From Octopus sinensis (lineage: Eukaryota), in contig NC_043021.1 of the NCBI RefSeq assembly GCF_006345805.1, positions 25,482,001 to 25,546,000 of the forward strand: a stretch of DNA of 64,000 nucleotides. Reading direction: 5' to 3'. Position numbers and translations under genes: made by a program. Shown here piece after piece: positions 51,991 through 63,379 of the stretch; positions within the stretch are counted from its first letter, which is position 1; every line of letters begins with the position of its first letter. Below the pieces are notes generated by a model. That model was given only the letters and a program-made list of their open reading frames with translations. It had not been told where the DNA came from and ran no database searches.

Positions 51991-54900
51991 ATATATATGT
52001 ATGTATATACACAAATTCACACACACAATGTGTGTGTGTGTTGCATATTTGCCACCAACTTAAAAAAAATATACTGTTGCCAAAACCAGTTGAATTTCCC
52101 ATTAAAGTTGTGCCACACCATCAAAATTCATTGGTTTGATTCTCTGACACACTTGGCTTAATGGAAGAAAAAGTAAAACAATGTCAGAATGTGAACTGAA
52201 TGTAAAAAAATAAAAAATCAGGTCAGAAGGGCAACAGCTTGTCAGCGAAGCTGGATTAAATTTAGGTTAAAACAACACCTGAGAACACACAGCTGTAATG
52301 TTATGGTTCACTTATTACATGGCATTCAAAATGCTTGCTGGTTACTTTCTAAACATTATTTTTTTAGTACATTAGAACCCTCATCAACCTTTTGTGTGTA
52401 TTTAAAAATAAGACAATTTTTATTTGGTGAATTTTTCTTGAGCAAATGTGTTCTCAAGTTTTGTTTGCAGTAAACTTCTAAAGGTAATTGACACACCTGT
52501 GCAGCAGTTCCTCATCTACCTCACAGGTCTAGGAGCTTGGTTCTGATCTATGTATTTTGTGGCTTACCATCAATTGATCAATACTGTGCATTGAAATATC
52601 TTGGTGGGGGGGGGGGAGCTACCAATAATGTTGCTTAGACATTCCTGTCACCATCATCATCATCATCATCATTTAACATCTGCTACCCATGCTGCCATAT
52701 GACGGACAGTTCTAAAGGTGATGAGGCAAAGGACTACACCAAGCTCCAGTGTTTGATTCAACATAGTTTCTACAGCTGGATGCCCTTCCTAACACCAACC
52801 ACTTTACAGAGTGTGGACTAGGTTCTTTTTACGTGGCACCACCTCTAGTGGGGTTCCCAAGTAACTTGTGAGACAATATATGTATGTACATACATACATA
52901 CACACACACACACAAAGCAGACTTCCATACTAAATAATTTACATATTACACACCGCAGGCTTCCACACAGTTTCCGTCTACGAAGGCATTGGTCAGCCAG
53001 AGGCTAAAGTAGATGACATTTGTCCAAGGTGCCACAAAGTGGGATTGAACCCAAAGCCATGTGACTGCAAAGTGAGCTTCTTAACCACACGGCCATGACT
53101 GCACATATCTTTATTCCAGCTGATATGGGGCCGTTCTTCAGAATATCCTGTGTTCAGCAAGAAATCTTCTCACTCTCTCATTCAGACTAATGGTCTGCCT
53201 GTTTCTTTAAGATTTCAATTCTTTGTTCCTGATTGAATGGAAATTGCCAACAAAGAATTTGGTCACATGTTGGAGCTAAGAATTATTTGACCCATTCATT
53301 ACTTCTTCACATGGTTCCAATAAAGAATTTTGGTGACTGCTGCACAAACTACTGGGCTCTCAGCATAAGTTTACAGACAAGTCTCTGATTCCCAATCTCA
53401 ATTATTTTCCATCATTGCTGAGCAGTGCTCAATTCCTTGCTGAGCCAAACAACATACTAAAAATGTTCACCACGGGGCCAGTGTCACAATAAAAGCACAC
53501 AATACATTCTGCAAAGTTGTCAGAATTGGGAAGGGCATCCAGTTGTAGGAACCATGCCAAAGAAGGCATTGAAGCATGATGTAGTCCTGCAGCTCACTGA
53601 ATCTTGCGAAGCCATCCGACTCAGGCCAGTCCGAAAGACAGGCATTAAATGGAGTTGACTAATCTTTTCTAACGAAATTAGAAGCCTTTAATACTTATAA
53701 TGAAATCACGGCTTTGTTTCTCTGAAAGTTTCAGAAACAAGTTATACTGCTGCCTGACCAGCAATGTACCATGGCTTTTAAAGACCAGTGGAAAATCATA
53801 CAATTTTAATTCCATTAAAGACACAATAACAAACATCCTAACAAATGAAGGAAAACCATATTTTGACACAATGGTTGTGTCAGTGAGATCCTGATATAAT
53901 CAGCATCATCATCATCATCATTTAACGACCGTTCTCCATGCTAGCATGGGTTGGACAGTTCGGCCGGGGAAGCCAGAAGGCCGCACCAGGCTCCAGTCTG
54001 ATCAGGCAGTGTTTCTACAGCTGGATGCCCTTCCTAATGCCAACCACTCCATGAGTGTAGTGGGTGCTTTTTATATGCCACCGGTACAGGTGCCAGGTGA
54101 GGGTGGCAACGGCCATGATCAGATTGGTGCTTTTTACGTGCCACTGGCATGGAAGCCAGTCAAGGCGGTGCTGGCATCGGCCACATTCGGATGGTGCTTT
54201 TCACGCACCACCAGCACAGGGATCACAACTACAATTTCCATTGATTTTTGATGTTGGTGTACTTGACTCAATAGGTCTCCTCAAGCACAGGGTCGAAACG
54301 ATGTTACAATAAAATTACCATAAAAGTTTGTGCCTTGGGAGGGTCACTGCATCAATAATGATAATAAACACATGCACTGGTTCAATGTCACTTCCATATT
54401 GCTAGTCAGTTGGTTAGATATCTAACCAACTAACTAAATGATTGTTTAATTTGCTAAACAACGGATCAAGTTTGTCAAAGTCCTTTTGTTGCTGTTTGTG
54501 ACCTCATCAACGACATTCCTTCTCTCTTCAATGTTTGCCTTGAGTTTGTTTATTATCATCAGCATAATGTTTCTCCCAAGACACAAGATTTCTTTCAAGG
54601 CACGAATTCACATCAAGAAGCTTGAAAACCAAATACAAAAATGAAATTACAATAAAAGAACTTTTACAGTTATAAAAAGTTAGAAAAATATTTATTTGCT
54701 AAATACAGTTTTGTTTTTATTATGTTTACAATGGACCATCTGTTTTTTTCAAAGCAATGGTTACAACTGTTTGTAAAGGTTAAAAAACAACATTCCAGTA
54801 TATTTACAGATCGTTTGAAACAGTTTAATAGTTTTATAAGTCATACGTGTACAGAATGGTAGGGTTGACTTTTTTTTAAAAGCATTTATAAACCAATTTC

Positions 54901-55119
54901 ACTGCAATTTATTCTCTTTTCATAAAATTCCTTTAAGATTAAAAAAAAATCCATCTGTTGATTTATTGATTTATATCTGACGTAAGCCAGGATATAAATC
55001 TAAGCACTTGAGACATTGGACTTGAAGAAGTACAACTGGATTAAGGACTATTTAAATGACTGTAAAAAGCTTTCAAAACATGGCAAGGTATACACACACA
55101 CACACACAGAGACAAACAC

Positions 55120-55150
<31 letters not shown>

Positions 55151-55155
55151 AACAT

Positions 55156-55188
<33 letters not shown>

Positions 55189-56369
55189 CAAAAACATACA
55201 CACACACACACACACACACGTAAGAAACAGTTCTCCAAGTAATCTGAAAGAAAAAAAAAGTAACGTGTGTAGAATGATTTTAAACATGTTATTTAAAAAT
55301 GCATATTATATTTTATAAGAAATCTTTAATCATCAATAAATATATTATTTAGGATTATATAATTAATCTTTATCATGTGACTTGAGGTTGAGTAGCTCCC
55401 TGGATAGGTTGTCAACCTCTAGTAGCAAGTAGCTCCCCCTGAAGCAGGAATTAAAACTCAGCACTATAAACGTATAGAAAGATCAGGTGGAACGACCAAG
55501 ACACCAACGATGAAGTTGTGGCTTGCATGCAAGCACCCAGTCTTGTCATCCTACTGCAATAACAACACCTCTGTTGGTTGGGTCATGAATGCCACCACAT
55601 GCCAGGTGGGATGATACTAAAACACTTGTAATAAGATGAGCTGGCTTCTGTAAGAGGCTGCAAGTATGATTCCCATCTTTGTTTACAAAGACGTTTGAGT
55701 AAGATGAAGTTCGTTTATATGAATGCTGAAAGGTGAGACGACATTGTTGGTGATCAGCCCCTGCTGGAGTCTGGAACTAGACAAAAGTTGAAAAAGATGA
55801 GAGGTGAAACTGAGGATCACTGTGGAGGAACAGCAGGGCAAAACTAGTGGACAGGGCCTTCAAGTGTACTTATAACAGGTGAGGCTGCCACTCGACCCAA
55901 CTTGCAGCCTCTTTCACTAACAGGTGCCTGCTACTGCTGCTGCCAACAATCAGAAGAAAATAAAATACAACACTCTGTGATCTTATAAGAGAAACACTGG
56001 CAACTTCCCGAACTGATATTATGAAATAATCAAGTCATTTCATTTACTTCACTTTATCTTACCTTTTATTTCAGGCTAACGAGACTGACTTTTCAAAGCG
56101 ACTGAAACTGGTGGCTGTGTACATAGTTGAAAATGTACTTCCTTACTTTTGTCTATGATAAAATTCTCAAAGCATTTTCTTTTTCACATTTTCTCAATAG
56201 ATGTATGCATTGGCGTTAGGAAGGGCATCCAGCTGTAGAAACTTTGCCAGATCAGATTGAGCCTGGTGCAGCCATCTGGCTCACCAGTCCTCTGTCAAAC
56301 AGTCCAACACATGCCAGCATGGAAAGCGGATGTTAAACGACGATGATGATGATATGAAATATATGTCCC

Positions 56370-56790
56370 CATTATATAGCTTTAAATTGATAGCTGGAGA
56401 TTGGCTGACAAAGGTCTTACTGAGTGACGCTAAGACACCCGCAGCCTTCTTGACAATCTTAGAGATGTGGTTCGTCCAACCCAGATTGCAGTTCACAATA
56501 CTACCCAGGTCACATTCACTAGGAGACTTCATAAGATTGGTGTTGTTGAGGGAGTATGTAAAAGCTGGGTTTTGCCTCCCAAAGTGCCTGGGGATGCACT
56601 TGTCGTCCACAGCCAGCCTGAGTTGCCAGTCAGTAATCCATTGCTGCACTGTGTCCAGGTCTGATTGCAGGAAAGGTCTATAGTGTACAGAAGCTGTTAT
56701 CTTTATTTCAAGGTACAACTTGGTGTCATCTGCGTATTTCAACACTGTCACATTATTTTCCATGTTGTCACTAATATATGCAACAAACAA
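56370..56790 (-). mobile_element. CR1/L2-group LINE RT fragment downstream of the ETNK stop
   Basis: VLKYADDTKLY...LQSDLDTVQQWITDWQL...KC...DLG...WTNHISKIVKKA. Confidence 0.88.
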
Positions 56791-57024
56791 CAGGATCCCA
56801 TCTCATAGGGTGAAGAATGCTGCCCTAGAACCTATGGTGTTGACGATGTAATTTTTTTAAAAAGTGGAGGGCATGATTATAGACTCAGTCAAATATTTTA
56901 TATCGATTTATCCCTATAAAGGGCCAACTCTGAACCTCTGGCAGTCATACAGTCCTTCAGCTCATCCCAATGACGGCTTTCATTAGATAAGTTGTAAGAG
57001 TTACCTACCTTAGTCAATGTTTCG

Positions 57025-57109
57025 CTAAGAGGGATTGTTCGAATTAGGCAGCTGTACGTAGAGGAAGTGCTTACAGCGAAGATATTCATTGAGGCGGAGA
57101 ATACCATAA
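57025..57109 (-). CDS. ETNK1: Ethanolamine kinase-like, last coding exon
   Basis: (S)YGILRLNEYLRCKHFLYVQLPNSNNPS*; tttgtttcag acceptor, TAG stop. Confidence 0.85.
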
Positions 57110-57425
57110 CTGAAACAAACAAAATACATTAGTATACCATTAGTATGTTCAGTGTCATTAGTTATCATTAATTGTATGACTAATCAATATTACTAATTAG
57201 TTAAAACCAAGGCAACAGATGGAGTGTTCTGCCACAAATACACTCCGAAATACTTGCAGCATAAAATGAATTTACAGCTGAAGGGTTGTTAATCTACGAA
57301 GCTATTTTGTATCTCTGAAGTTTCAACAACAAGGAACAAATGTTCAGATTTGGGTTGGATTTTAGGGTGGTGCAATTAAAAACAAGTTTGTAAATAATTG
57401 GTTGAGTGAACCAGGTGATACCGAC

Positions 57426-57499
57426 CTGAGGAAATCGAATTCTATGACAGAATTATATGCTTGGATTAGAGACCAAATACCCCAGAAGAAATGGGAGGC
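57426..57499 (-). CDS. ETNK1: Ethanolamine kinase-like exon
   Basis: ASHFFWGIWSLIQAYNSVIEFDFL (SHFFWG.W.LIQA motif). Confidence 0.92.
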
Positions 57500-58481
57500 C
57501 TGCAAAATAAATAGAAAAAATGAATACACACATACATATGTGTGTGTGTGTGTGTGTATACACACACATACATACATACATATATATACACACATATATA
57601 TCACACACACATACACACTGAAAAAGAAAGAACCAGAGGAAGAGGAGAAGGAGTAGTTTGGGAAGAATTATATAAATGAGAAATTAGTTTTATTAAAATT
57701 TAAGGTAATAAATATTTTTTTGTTCCTAAAATTCATCGTTTTTGCTTCAACCCCAGAAAATTTGATAAAAGTTGAATTGTAATTTTTGTATGTCTGTCAT
57801 TATAAACCCATTGTAATAAAAGTATATTTCCAAAGCTACCCATCATGTGATTAGCGACACCACAGTGTGTGTGTGTGTGTGTTGTGTGTGTGTGTGTAAT
57901 TACTTTTACTCAGCATAAAATTACCAAAGTGAATCAAAGGCAAAAAGCTTATCACCCATGAACAGACATGTATAAATTACAAAAACTGTACAACACCCAT
58001 GACTTTAGGCTACATTTCTTCATGCTTAGAATTGTTGAAACATAAGGTACCTGTGTTGGTTATTAGCTGTCCAGACACTGCATCCTTCAAAAATTCCAAA
58101 CTTCTTCAAATTCACTGACACTACCCTTTTCTATCCATGACCCTTTTAACGTTCAGTTTTCTGTCTTCTATTTTATTCTGGGTGCTGCTCTTGTACTTCC
58201 TGCATTCATTATTCTCTTCCTTTACTGGACTTACACGTCTGCTTTCTGTCCCCTCTGTTCCCCTTTTTCTGGTGAGTTGTTGTACACCTGAGCACTGTTT
58301 ACAATAAGTTCCTCATAATCATAATCAATATCTCAGACAAAAAAACCCTTTTTGGATTTGGGACCCATACCAGTAAAACATATAATCCAGCATAGCCTTA
58401 TGGCCTTAATCTGGCTTCTTCACATTTGTCACTCACGCAGGATTTGATGAGATTAAGTCAGAAATAATGACGGATACTTAC

Positions 58482-58654
58482 TGCAAAAAATTTGCTAACC
58501 CAGATATACATGTGTCTAACTTCTTCATCAGTGACAGCATGAGTTTTAGAACCTTGTGGAGAGGCCATTTTCTTGTAAAGTTCTAGATAGTTCTTTATCC
58601 ATTTCAGTTGATATGCTTCATTGGGACAACGAGAGAAGTCAGCTTCATCAACTC
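58482..58654 (-). CDS. ETNK1: Ethanolamine kinase-like exon
   Basis: (G)VDEADFSRCPNEAYQLKWIKNYLELYKKMASPQGSKTHAVTDEEVRHMYIWVSKFFA. The GV...DYS.YP..E.Q..W...YL pattern fits the ETNK subfamily. Confidence 0.9.
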
Positions 58655-58704
58655 CTACAAAATACAAGATGTTAATACTGATGATGCTGATGTAAAGAAT
58701 AATG

Positions 58705-58814
58705 ACAATATATGTTGATGACAGAACGTTAATTAAAATATACGTTGATGAGCATTAATTACAATATATGTTGATGAACGTTAATTACAATATATGTTGA
58801 TGAGTGTTAATTAC
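58705..58814. repeat. 26-bp minisatellite (about 4 units) at an ETNK 5' splice site
   Basis: Unit ACAATATATGTTGATGAACGTTAATT on the plus strand. Confidence 0.85.
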
Positions 58815-58898
58815 CAGCATATTCACAGAAATGGTTGGCAATGTCATAGGCAATGTAGTTCTCATAGGTATATTCAAAATCTATGAAGGAAATTGAAT
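58815..58898 (-). CDS. ETNK1: Ethanolamine kinase-like exon (choline kinase motif)
   Basis: (D)SISFIDFEYTYENYIAYDIANHFCEYA; translated by hand. Confidence 0.92.
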
Positions 58899-59327
58899 CT
58901 GAAAAATTAAAAGAAAATATAATGTAAGAATAACAACCAGAGACAGCTAATGAATAGGAACATCTCGTTAAGCAAAATCTGTATAATAAACACAGCTGTA
59001 TAACTCTGTGTGTTTGTGTGTGTGTGTGTGTAGCGATTTATGTCTGTCATCATCATCATCATCATTTAACGTCCACTTTCCATGGGTTGGATTGTTTCAC
59101 TGAAAACCAGTAAGCTGGAGGGCTGCACAAGGTTCCAGTCTGGCATGCCTTTCCTAATGCCAACCACTTTGAGAGTATAATGGGTGCATTTATGTGCCAC
59201 CGGTGCCATTTGCATGACACCAGTACCGGCCATGACCACAACTACGATTTCAGTCTCCTCAGCACAGAATGGCACCAAGGGTCTCCCTTTCACTCGTCAT
59301 CCCCTCCGTAAGGACCAACATTTGAAA

Positions 59328-59614
59328 AGTGGAGGCACATGGCCTAGTGGTTAGAGCAGCGGACTCGCGGTCGAGGGATCACAGGTTCGAATCTCAGACT
59401 GGGCGATGTGTGTGTTTATGAGCGAAACACCTAAGCTCCACGCAGCTCCGGCAGAAGGTAATGGCGAACTTCTGCTGATTCTTTCTCTCACTCTTTCCTC
59501 CTGCATCTTGCAGCTCACCTGCGACGGACCGGCGTCCCGTCCAGGTGGGGAACCTATACGTCAAGAAACCGGCCCTTATGAGCCAGTCGTGGCTCGAGAA
59601 GGAACAAACAATAA
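59328..59614 (+). mobile_element. tRNA-derived SINE with 12-bp TSD, nested in another SINE
   Basis: A box TGGCCTAGTGG, B box GGTTCGAATC; TSD CAACATTTGAAA at 59316-59327 and 59615-59626. Related head at about 38549. Confidence 0.85.
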
Positions 59615-60260
59615 CAACATTTGAAAGATCATGTGACCGGCAACGGCCAAAACTGTGATTTCACTCGACAAGTCTCCTCAAACACAGCATGGCACCAAAG
59701 GTCTTGGACTGTACTCTTACCAATATATGAGTATGTCTATAAAAGAGGATCTCTCAGGGTAAATACCACAGGAATATGGCATTCTAATAATACATCCATT
59801 TCAAGTAGGACAAGAAGATTGCCATATATATATATATATATATATATATTCTGTTGTGTCTGGGGAGAGTCATTCTCTTTTAGTGCCTTATAATATAACA
59901 CACTCACTGGTAAAATTTCCACTTATTTCTTATTTTTATTTTCTAAAATTTTCGTTTTGTCTTGCAACCTTTTCAATAGTCTTGGAAAAATATCTGGGAA
60001 AAGGTGTGGCTGTGTAGTTAAGGAGCTTGCTTCCTAACCCCGTGGTTGAATCCCAGTGCATGGGACCTTGGGCAAGTGTTTTCTGCCATCGCCTCCAGTC
60101 AATAGGTCAATCAATGCCTTCTGATTGAATTTGGTGCACAGAAACTGAAAAACAGCCCATTGTGTGTGTGTGTGTGTGCACACATGTGTATACATATGTA
60201 TGTACATAGATATACATATATACATACACATACATACAAACATATACACACACACACAAA

Positions 60261-60315
<55 letters not shown>

Positions 60316-60510
60316 AGGAAGTAATTTATTGAACCATGTGGCATCCACAGCACTATATTTATTTAACCATGTGGTATCCACAGTATTATGGCCATTTCAC
60401 AATGTTCTCTCTGTTCTTGACGTATGGTTCTCAGAATCCGCATCTGATACAGCTGATATATATATATATATTTAAAAAAGGAGATGTGGAACACGAGTTG
60501 TGATATATAA

Positions 60511-60733
60511 AAAAGGAAATGAAGAAAATGCTGACAAAATAATTTAAATAATTTAATTAGGTGAAAGTTCTTTTTACCGGTTGCGCATTTGTTATGCTTA
60601 TCAAAAGTTTTTCCTCTTATCAGATAAGAGGAAAAAACTTTTGATAAGCATAACAAATGCGCAACCGGTAAAAAGAACTTTCACCTAATTAAATTATTTA
60701 AATTATTTTGTCAGCATTTTCTTCATTTCCTTT

Positions 60734-60734
<1 letters not shown>
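60511..60734. repeat. Near-perfect long palindrome (arms about 111 bp, 1-nt centre)
   Basis: Arms 60511-60621 and 60623-60734 are reverse complements with one homopolymer indel by eye; (TA)n on both sides. Confidence 0.92.
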
Positions 60735-60765
<31 letters not shown>

Positions 60766-60983
60766 ATATATATACACACCTATAAAAATGTTGTCAACTG
60801 TTTTGCAATTCTAGGTGCCCTTAGACCCACTACCAGTCTCTATGCATACAAACAGTAGAACCTCAGCTTTCAAGCAACTCTGATTACAAATAAATCGTGC
60901 TTTATCTCCCATCTTTCTCGTATTCATTTAATACAGTGGTACCTCGGTTTATGAACACCTCTGATCACGAATAAATTGTGCTT

Positions 60984-61057
<74 letters not shown>

Positions 61058-61340
61058 TACCCATATCTATCTATATATATATCTATAATATAAATTGGAC
61101 ATGGGTGATCGTTGTATTCTTTCTTGTCTTGAGGGTCACAGTGAAAAGGCTGCGTGGATTCGCATGAAAAATGGCACCATGTGGAGACGGGTGCATAGAT
61201 TGGGATGTGGTTTGTATTTTTTCCTAGCCACCCCCCACCCCCATAGTTACAGAGAAAATCGATTAAAACTTTTTCTAATGGAATTCCCTTGTTTGTTCCA
61301 GCATTAAAACAACCAGTTGCTCACACAGCCTGCATATACC

Positions 61341-61571
61341 TATTTCTTTATTACCCACAAGGGGCTAAACACAGAGGGGACAAACAAGGACAGACATAGG
61401 TATTAAGTTGATTACATCGACCCCAGTGCGTAACTGGTACTTAATTTATCGACCCCGAAAGGATGAAAGGCAAAGTCGACCTCGGCGGAATTTGAACTCA
61501 CAACGTAACGCAGACGAAATACGGCTACGCATTTCGCCCGGCGTGCTAACGTTTCTGCCAGCTCCCCGCCT
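61341..61571 (-). mobile_element. Same SINE family as 45604, 10-bp TSD
   Basis: Reverse complement of the 45604 element; TSD TGCATATACC at 61331-61340 and 61572-61581. Older copies at about 7005-7238, 10250-10410, 25355-25500, 28815-29005, 40470-40700 and 47255-47625. Confidence 0.88.
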
Positions 61572-61694
61572 TGCATATACCATTTCGCTAGCAACAAGGG
61601 GAGGACAGGATGACAGTCAGCCAAAACTTTTCTATGCTGTCTCTCTTCTTTCACCTCTTTGTGGTGTTAATAATCTTAATCTTTACTTACAGTT

Positions 61695-62224
61695 TCTCAT
61701 TCAAACTACATAATAGGCAGAATTGTCGGATTAAGACTAGGGTGTTTTGAGGGAGATTTGGCTGCTATTTCTACCAGGTATAGCTACTGTGTAGAGGTTT
61801 GAACTTAATTTTCATTCACATATTTGCATTTCAAAAATTTAACATAATCTTTTCCATAAATCAATTATTGTAACTCTATCTCACCCTCTTTCTCTCTCAC
61901 ATACACACACACAAGCAGGCACGCACACATGCACACACACACCACACACACACACACACACACAAAAACACACACACACACACACACAAACATCCATTTC
62001 GTATATTTTCTTTCTATTTCTACTCAGCAAATAAAATTTTTTACAGATACAACTGCTTACAAAAATATGTATTAATGTACAATTTCTTTTTATGTTCATA
62101 ATTAAATCAATGATTAGACAGAGGTCCAAGAGAATAGCTCGCTGAAACAGTCTACATACAAATACGCCAATCATCACAACCACAACATCCAAATAGACCG
62201 GGTGAAACCGGGTTTAGCAGCTAG
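61695..62224 (+). mobile_element. Possible non-autonomous Helitron
   Basis: 3' end has a CCGG-gtgaaa-CCGG hairpin (62198-62211), then CTAG (62221-62224) followed by T. The 5' end is uncertain. Confidence 0.4.
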
Positions 62225-62446
62225 TATATATATATATATAAAGCACAATTTATTTGCGATCGGAGTTGTTTGAAAACAAAGGTACTACTGTATTTTTCTC
62301 TTTGGATACAACCAACCAACAATGTTATCCAGTATTTAGTTTCTGAGCTGATTTTCTCAAATCTAATGATTCATTAACACATATCAAACCACATCATAAA
62401 CATAAAAACTAATTGCTTAATTAATTATGTCGGTGGCTGTACAAAC

Positions 62447-62589
62447 CTGTTTTGGCATTGTAGATGATGTTGTTTAAGAGCAGATCATTATGGCAGATGG
62501 CTACGGGCACATCGCAATTCTCAAATACCTTGCAGAGGTCATTGAACTCATCCCACAGGTTTATTTTATCCAAAATCTCAGATGTGTAC
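62447..62589 (-). CDS. ETNK1: Ethanolamine kinase-like, internal exon with Brenner motif (upstream exons outside window)
   Basis: YTSEILDKINLWDEFNDLCKVFENCDVPVAICHNDLLLNNIIYNAKT; the CHNDL...NII motif belongs to the choline/ethanolamine kinase family. Confidence 0.88.
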
Positions 62590-63341
62590 CTAAAAAAGGA
62601 GAATGCATAATATATGGTTTTATATAATTCATGGTAATCCCCCAAAAGCTTCCCTAGTTACAAACCACGTAGTAAACCGTTGAAAGGCTTGCTCTTCAGA
62701 TCAACAGAATATCACAGTTACATCGATTTTTCAACCCTAGAAAACACACATCTGCATTTGTTATATATCTACATTGGTTTGTAAAATATACAATAGTACT
62801 GTAAGAAATATGAACGCACGTGGTCGCATTGTGTAGGGAATACGATCGCACGTGGTCATATTCTTAATGAATTATTACAAGCCATAAATACATGCAGTAA
62901 CAATAGAACATAAGTGAATTGACGACAAGTCTTGCTGTTGAGATGGCTGTAACCTCAAACAAGATCATTTCTTGCCTTGCCTTTCAACAGTGACGATATT
63001 AGAAATCACTATAGTCATATTTCAAAATGGCTGAAACTGCCATGCTACAGTACTATGCAATTTATAGCATAAACACTAATAATTTATTACCCACTATAAT
63101 AAATTACTTTTGCTTGATGTTGGCTGCAGAATGGCCATCATTTTATGGATATCAACTGGGGAAATAAATATATTCACCTCATACCTCCTCACTTTCTGTC
63201 TATGTATGTATATATGTGTGTGTGTGTGTGTGCGTATAAATATATATATATATATATTATATATATATATATACAGATCGCCATGTTGATTTGCTAGCTT
63301 CTGCAAGCATTTTTTTTCTCTCCTTGTTTCTTTTCTGTGTA

Positions 63342-63379
63342 TCTTTCTGTCGAAGAGCGTAGGCTCGAAACGTAAAAGA
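63342..63379 (+). ncRNA. Minimal hammerhead-like motif with variant core (family A)
   Basis: TCTTT-CTGTCGA-A-GAGC gtag GCTC-GAAA-CG-T-A-AAAGA; ACGT palindromic stem III. Host repeat ends in (TA)n near 63480. Confidence 0.5.

Larger units (their letters stand above)
60934..62290. mobile_element. Tigger/pogo-like MITE shell expanded by nested insertions
   Basis: Ends CAGTGGTACCTCG... and ...AGGTACTACTG are imperfect ~55-bp inverted repeats flanked by TA. An extra left-end copy lies at about 60853-60905. Confidence 0.65.

Noticed and set aside
54440-54630. Alternative last ETNK exon after a tttcaag acceptor
   Set aside because: The frame required by the preceding exon hits TGA within four codons and shows no kinase C-terminal similarity.
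59331-59410. tRNA gene
   Set aside because: The A/B boxes belong to a SINE head with a 12-bp TSD and no complete cloverleaf. The same holds for the other tRNA-like heads.
59420-59485. HDV/CPEB3-like ribozyme in a SINE (AGC-TCCACGC-AGCT, GGCGAA-CTTCTGCT)
   Set aside because: The L3- and J4/2-like words are present, but the P2 5' strand follows P3 and no P1 partner exists, so the nested pseudoknot cannot be built.
62660-62740. C/D snoRNA-like segment (GTTGAAA/TTTCAAC terminal stem, CTGA)
   Set aside because: No RUGAUGA C box at the proper position, and CTGA is not adjacent to the terminal stem.
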